Assembly: GCA_963789395.1 (NCBI GenBank)
Contig: CAWBKP010000022.1
Location: 192,001-256,000 of the forward strand
Reading direction: 5' to 3'
DNA: 64,000 nucleotides
DNA from: an uncultured delta proteobacterium
Lineage (GTDB): Bacteria > Desulfobacterota > Desulfobacteria > Desulfobacterales > Desulfatirhabdiaceae
Shown here: piece by piece, positions 58,317-64,000 of the stretch
Layout of the letters: each line of letters begins with the position of its first letter
Position numbering within the stretch: position 1 is the first letter of the stretch
The notes under the pieces: generated by a model
What the model was told of the DNA's origin: nothing
Seen by the model: only the letters and a program-made list of their open reading frames with translations
Database searches by the model: none
Translations under genes and position numbers: made by a program

Positions 58317-59781
58317 CTGCCAAGACCATCACCATCGATCCGATTACACGTCTGGAAGGCCACGGGAAGATCGAGATCTTCCTGAACGACAAGGGGGATG
58401 TGGAGGACGCCTTCTGGCAGGTAGCGGAGCTCAGGGGCTTCGAGCGGTTCTGCCTGGGGAGGCCCGCCGAGGAGATGACCCGCATCGTTCCCAACATCTG
58501 CGGCGTATGTCCGTCTGCCCATCACATGGCCGCCACCAAGGCCCTGGACGACCTCTATGACGTGGAACCCACGCCGACCGCCAGGCTGATCCGGCAGCTC
58601 GAGTTCAATGCCTTCTATATCGAGGACCATTACATCCACTTCTTCTTCCTGGCCGCCCCCGATTTCGTGGTCGGCCCGGACGCGGACCCGGCCGAGCGGA
58701 ACATCCTCGGCGTGATCCACAAGGTCGGGCAAGGAGATCGGCGCCAGGGTCATCGAGGTCCGCAAGAAAAACCGGGAGATCATCAAGCTGGTCTTCAGCA
58801 AGGCCGCCGCACCCCGAAGGCGGGTTGCCGGGGGGTGTCTCCCGGGGCATCACCGCCGAGGAGCGCAGGCGGATCAAGGAGATCGCCGACTATTCCGTTG
58901 AGTTCGCGCAGTTCGCGATGGGGCTGTTCAAAGACGTGGTGCTGCGCAACAAGAAGAATCTCGATCTGGTGCTGAGCGACGCCTATCAGTTGAAGACCTG
59001 CTACATGTCCCTGGTGGATGAAAACGACAAGGTCAGCTTCTACGACGGCATCGTCAAGGTCATCGATCCCGACGGCAAGGAGTTCCTGCGGTTCGACCCG
59101 CGGGACTACGTGGAGCACATCGGCGAGTGGGTGGAACCCTGGACCTATATCAAGATGAACCACTTGAAGAAGATCGGCTGGAAAGGGCTGGTGGAGGGGG
59201 AGGGGACCTCTCTCTACCGTGTGGCCCCGCTGGCGCGGCTGAACGTTGCGGACGGCATGGCCACGCCGCTTGCCCAGAAGGAGTGCGAGCAGATGTTCGA
59301 CACCCTGGGCGGCAAGCCGGCGCATCACACCCTGGCCATGCACTGGGCCCGGCTGATCTGCGCCCTCCAGGCGGCGGAGCACAACCAGATGATCGCAAGC
59401 GACCCGCTCCTGACCAGCAAGGACATCCGCAACATGAACCTGCGCCTGAAGCGCGTCGGCGTCGGGTGCGTGGAGGCCCCCCGCGGGACGCTTTTCCACC
59501 ACTACGAGACCGACGACCGCGGGTTGCTGACCAAGGTCAACCTCATCGTGGCCACGCAGAACAACGCCGCTCCCATCTCGCTGTCGGTCAAGAAGGCGGC
59601 CAAGGAGTTCATCAAGGGGGGCAACGTCAAGGAGGGGTTGCTGAACAGGGTCGAGATGGCCTTTCGGGCCTATGATCCCTGCCTGTCCTGCGCCACGCAC
59701 GCCCTGCCCGGGCAGATCCCGTTGGTGGTGAATATCCGTGACCACGAGGGCCGGGTGATCCGGACCCTCAGGAGGCCTTGA
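58313..59781 (+). CDS. mvhA: Group 3c [NiFe]-hydrogenase large subunit (MvhA-like), frameshifts near 58730 and 58805
   Basis: IDPITRLEGHGKI, RGFE, L1 NICGVC, EAPRGTLFHHY, L2 RAYDPCLSCATH followed by a C-terminal extension. Confidence 0.92.
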
Positions 59782-60258
59782 CGGTGAAGACGCTGATCCT
59801 GGGCATGGGCAACCCCATCCTGTCGGATGACGGGGTGGGGCTGCATATTGCCCGGGCCCTCGATGGGCGTTTTGCGGGGACGGACGTGCGCACCAGCGCC
59901 CTGATCGGCCTCGGCCTCCTGGATATCGTGGCGGATTACGATCAGGTTTTTGTTATCGATGCCATCCAGGACGTGAGCCGCCCGCCGGGCACGGTGGTGA
60001 AACTGGTCGGCCGGCGAAGGGGCCCTGCATCTTTTCTCATCCCACGGCATGCATTCTTTGAGATTCTGCAACTGGGAAAAGACTGCGGGGGTGGCAGTCC
60101 CCGAAGTGGCCGGGATCTACGGGGTGGCGATCGGCACTGAATGCCCTTTCGGCGAAGAGCTGTCGCCGCTGCTGGCGCGGCGGCGGGCTGGAATTGTCAG
60201 GCAGATCGCGGCGGATGTGGGTCGCCGGTTGAAGGCCTCTGCCACGTTCCGGCTGTGA
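59778..60258 (+). CDS. Hydrogenase maturation protease, frameshifted near 60010-60090
   Basis: LILGMGNPILSDDGVG, VIDAI, SSHG...FGEELSP. Confidence 0.88.
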
Positions 60259-60286
60259 CCTCCCAGAATAGACGAGGATAAATACC

Positions 60287-62195
60287 ATGAAAGAGCTTAC
60301 TTACATCCTTATCCTGTTACCGTTTCTGGCTGCGTTTTGCTGCTTGTTGGCAATTTCCGGCCGGTTAAGGTCATTCATCGTTCTGGCAACCGGCTGCATT
60401 CTGATCGCAAGCTCGCTGCTCCTGATTTCCCATGTCCCCTTCGCGTTTACCCCTCAAACCGTTTTCGGCCTTGATGTGCATGGTCTCATTCAGGTTCCGG
60501 ACTTCATTCTGATGTTTGCCATCCTGTATTTCGGATTCAAGCATCGCAGCCTGCTGGTCATCATTCCGGCCGCTTTGCAGATCGTTCTGGTGACCTGGTT
60601 CGAGGTGTTCATGATCAAGGGCCACCCTGCCACGCAGGCTTTTTATTGTGACAATCTCTCGCTCATCATGGTTCTGATCATTTCCATCATCGGATCGATC
60701 ATCTGCTTTCAAGCCATTCCCTACATGAAAAACCACGAAGAACACCTGCATCTGTCAACAACCCGGCAGCCCCGGTTTTTCTTTGTCATGCTGTTTTTTC
60801 TGGGCGTCATGAACGGTCTGGTGCTGTCAAATGATACGACCGTTATCCACTTCTTCTTCGAAGCCACCACGCTCTGCTCGTTTCTGCTCATCGGGCATGA
60901 CGGAACCGAAAAGGCCATCCGGAATTCCGTGAGGGCGTTATGGATGAACAGTCTGGGCTGTCTGGCTTTCATCGTGGCGCTGATGATGATCTACCAGAGC
61001 CTGGGCAGCATCGACATGCAGCAGATTATCCGCACGCCTCCCGGCGCCGGACTTTCCTTTCTGGCGCTGGCGCTTCTTTGTCTTGCATCGTTCACCAAAT
61101 CCGCCCAATTTCCCATGCAAAGCTGGCTGATTGGCGCCATGGTCGCGCCGACACCGGTCTCCGCCCTGCTCCATTCCAGCACCATGGTCAAGATCGGCGT
61201 ATATCTGGTGCTTCGGCTGGCTCCGGCCATGCAGGGAAGTTTTTTGAGTCAATGCATCGCCATTTTCGGCGCATTCACCTTTCTGGCCGGCGCCGGACTG
61301 GCGGTCGGGCAGAGCAACGGCAAAAAAGTGCTGGCCTATTCCACCATCAGCAATCTGGGGCTTATTTTCGCCTGCGCCGGCCTCAATACGCCGGAGTCCA
61401 TCACCGCCGCGATCCTGCTCATCATTTTCCACGCCGTCACCAAGGCCCTGCTTTTTCTCTGCGTGGGAACGATCGAGCAGCATATTGAAAGCCGCGATAT
61501 CGAAGACATGCGCGGCTTGTATGCCAGAATGCCCCTGACGGCGCTCATTACGGTGATGGGCGTGGTGATGATGATCATGCCCCCCTTCGGCCTGCTCCTT
61601 GGCAAATGGATGGCCATGGAGGCTGCTGCCGGGAATATTTTCGTCATCATCCTGGCGGCCATCGGCAGCGCGCTGACCGCCATGTACTGGGCCCGGTGGG
61701 CGGGAACGCTGATGAGCGATCCGTTTGCGGGAAAGTTCACGCTCGAGAAACAGCCCGTGGTGACCTGGGCTGCGTTGGTGTCGCTTTGCGCGGGCGCGGG
61801 GATTCTGAGCATTGCCGTGCCCTGGCTGTACGCGGGGCTGTTCACCCCTTCGATGACCCTGAATTATGTGCCGCCTTATTCCCTGAATGACGGCATTCTG
61901 GAGAATTCTTACGGCGTCTTTGCCGCCTTGCCCCTTTGCCTGATCGCTGTCCTGGGTTTTTTGCAATCGATCTGGGCTGTCAGAGGGGCGACAAAGGCGC
62001 GTATCTGCGCGCCCTATCTGAGCGGCATTCAGACCGCGGAGCCCAGGGTCTTTGTGGGACCCATGAATCAACTGGTGAAAGCAGAGGCCGGAAACTACTA
62101 TCTTTCGAACATATTCGGCGAAAGAGAAGCTGACGGTCTGGATCAACCTGGCTGCCGGCGTGCTGCTGACCCTGATTGTGGGAGGTGCGCTATGA
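60287..62195 (+). CDS. echA: Ech hydrogenase antiporter-like subunit A, frameshift near 62120
   Basis: FFEATTLCSFLLIGH, TKSAQFP..SWL.GAMVAPTPVSALLHSSTMVK, SRDIEDM; true end LIVGGAL* overlaps the echB ATG. Confidence 0.9.
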
Positions 62196-63045
62196 CAAGC
62201 CCACGGCATTCTGATACTTGCCGGTCTGGCTGCCGGCCCCCTGCTCGGCGGGTTGATCGCGGGTCTGGACAGGATTCTCACCGCGCGCTTCCAGTCCCGC
62301 ATCGGCCCGCCGTTGTTTCAGCCGTTTTACGACGTGATCAAGCTTTTTGGAAAAGAGAAGCGTGGTGGTAAACGTCTGGCAGGCGTTCTGCGCCAACGCC
62401 TATCTGACGGCCGCTTCCATTTCCGTGGTTCTTTTTTTCCTCCGCTCCGACCTGTTGCTTATCCTGTTCATTCAGGCCGTGGGAGCGGTCTTTCTGGTCG
62501 TCGGCGCCTTTTCCTCCACCTCGCCTTACAGTCAGGCCGGCGCTCACAGGGAACTTCTGCAGATCCTCTGCTATGAGCCGCTTCTCATATTTGTTGCGGT
62601 CGGCATCTATCTTCAGACCGGCAGCTTCAAAATCGAATCCGTCTATGCCAGGGACCAGCCGCTTCTTCTGAAGCTCCCGTTTTTGTTCGTGGTGCTGGGT
62701 TTTGTGCTGACCATCAAACTGCGCAAATCGCCTTTTGATTTGTCCACGTCGCACCATGCGCATCAGGAACTCGTCAAGGGGCTGCTCACGGACTATTCCG
62801 GACCGTTTCTGGCGCTGACCGAAATCGCCCACTGGTACGAAACCGTGCTTGTGCTGGGATTTTGTTCCCTGTTCTGGGCCACGAACCCGGTGGGCGCGAT
62901 GCTGCTCGTCGGGGTGACGTATTTTCTGGAAATCTGGATCGATAATGTTTCCGCCCGAATGAACTGGCGCTGGATGCTCGGATACGGCTGGGCCATGGGC
63001 ATGACGCTGTCTCTGGTGAATCTTGTCTGGTTGTATGCACGATAG
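62192..63045 (+). CDS. echB: Ech hydrogenase membrane subunit B, frameshifted near 62205 and 62360
   Basis: GLDRILTARFQSRIGPPLFQPFYDVIKLFGKE; KSPFDLSTSHHAHQELVKG; HWYE. Confidence 0.9.
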
Positions 63046-63060
63046 GGGGCATTTGCAGAT

Positions 63061-63537
63061 ATGTTTAAAAAAATCCTCACAAAAGCCCGGACCCAGTCGC
63101 CCTGGGTGCTGCACTTTGATTGCGGCAGTTGCAACGGCTGCGACATCGAAGTCCTGGCCTGCCTGACCCCGGTCTATGACGTGGAGCGGTTCGGCATGAT
63201 CAACGTCGGCAACCCCATGCATGCGGACGTTTTTCTCGTCACCGGCACGGTCAATCACCGGAACAAGAAGGTGCTGCGCAACCTGTATGATCAGATCCCG
63301 GACCCCAAGGTGGTCGTGGCCATCGGTGCCTGCGGCCTTACGGGCGGTATTTTCCGGGAAGCCTACAACGTGGTTGGCGGCGTGGACAAAATCATTCCCG
63401 TGGACGTTTATGTCCCGGGCTGTCCCGCAAAGCCCGAAGCCATCATCGACGGCGTGGTTCTGAGCCTTGAAAAATTCCGGGAAAAGGCCAATATGGCCGT
63501 ATCGAGCACGAACAGCCCCGTGGAGGAAAAGCCATGA
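63061..63537 (+). CDS. echC: Ech hydrogenase small subunit C
   Basis: SPWVLHFDCGSCNGCDIE, GNPMHAD, IGAC, YVPGCPAKPE. Confidence 0.93.
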   Translation: MFKKILTKARTQSPWVLHFDCGSCNGCDIEVLACLTPVYDVERFGMINVGNPMHADVFLVTGTVNHRNKKVLRNLYDQIPDPKVVVAIGACGLTGGIFREAYNVVGGVDKIIPVDVYVPGCPAKPEAIIDGVVLSLEKFREKANMAVSSTNSPVEEKP

Positions 63538-63932
63538 TCGAACAGGTGATTGCCATCAGCCCGGAAAATGTGGTGGGCGAAACCGCGAAGATGAAAGTGG
63601 AGGGCTACCGGTTCGTGACGCTGTCCTGTGTTGAAATTGACGAGACTACGGTGGATATTCTGTATCATTTTGACAGGGAGTTTCAGTTGAAACACCTGCG
63701 GCTGACCGTGCCAAAAGATACTCCCGTGCCGAGCATTTCCCCGGTCTATTTTGCGGCCTTTCTGGTTGAAAACGAGATACAGGATTTGTTCGGCATCCGC
63801 TTTCAGGGGCTGGCCATTGACTACGACCGCACGCTGTATCTGGAAGAGGACGTGAAGAAGACGCCTTTTTGCAAGTATGTGGTGATCAAAACAGCCCCCT
63901 TGGGTGAAGTCCCGGGAGAGAACGCATCATGA
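63534..63932 (+). CDS. echD: Ech hydrogenase subunit D
   Basis: GYRFVTLSC, YHFD, VPSIS..Y.AAFLVENEIQDLFG. Confidence 0.9.
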   Translation: MIEQVIAISPENVVGETAKMKVEGYRFVTLSCVEIDETTVDILYHFDREFQLKHLRLTVPKDTPVPSISPVYFAAFLVENEIQDLFGIRFQGLAIDYDRTLYLEEDVKKTPFCKYVVIKTAPLGEVPGENAS

Positions 63933-64000
63933 CAAAGACGATTATTCCCTTTGGACCCCAGCATCCGGTATTGCCGGAACCGGTGCATCTCAAGCTCACC
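63929..64000 (+). CDS. echE: Ech hydrogenase large subunit E, N-terminus only (runs off the window)
   Basis: MTKTIIPFGPQHPVLPEPVHLKLT; ATGA overlap with echD. Confidence 0.88.
   Translation, partial: MTKTIIPFGPQHPVLPEPVHLKLT

Noticed and set aside
56914..59781. Possible selenocysteine ([NiFeSe]) recoding in the Mvh subunits
   Set aside because: L2 reads DPCLSC with Cys codons; the breaks in mvhA are frameshifts, not in-frame TGA.
58795..62302. Long antisense ORFs (58795-59745, 60938-62302) and similar shadows such as 10306-11055 and 53983-54735
   Set aside because: They mirror well-supported genes on the opposite strand, lack recognisable motifs and are expected in GC-rich coding DNA.

Overview
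Bacterial chromosomal window from a sulfate-reducer-like Deltaproteobacterium (Desulfobacterales-like, inferred from 16S appearance and gene content; not searched). Many genes carry single-base indels, most likely uncorrected long-read errors. From left to right: the 3' part of pilQ; two Ig-like (Big_1) surface proteins; a gspF/pilC platform gene; and a convergent minus-strand operon of a DUF6785-like membrane protein, an OPT-like peptide transporter, a secreted hypothetical, a conserved hypothetical and a frameshifted PqqD/RRE-family gene that the ORF track misses. Next come arginase, TamA/BamA-like and TamB genes, mpl, hemL, pcm, dedA, an acyltransferase, a CMD-family protein, a TorD chaperone and a complete rrn operon (16S, tRNA-Ile, tRNA-Ala, 23S, 5S). 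These are followed by a nitronate monooxygenase/FabK-like gene; a XylR/DmpR-type sigma54 activator facing a sigma54 promoter and an unannotated small secreted protein; a Tat FeS protein with a membrane partner; a FAD 2-hydroxyacid dehydrogenase with a TRAP transporter; a secreted metallophosphoesterase; a MITE-like element; and a sigma54-preceded Q/S-rich tandem-repeat protein. The rest holds a Liv-type ABC transporter with an acyl-CoA ligase, QueG-like/SCP2, MOSC, TauE and TPR genes, and a hydrogenase super-operon (GltD/HdrL-like flavoprotein, mvhDGA, protease, echABCD and the start of echE). The best candidates for undescribed systems are the DUF6785/OPT/PqqD module beside gspF and the Mvh hydrogenase paired with a pyridine-nucleotide flavoprotein and Ech.
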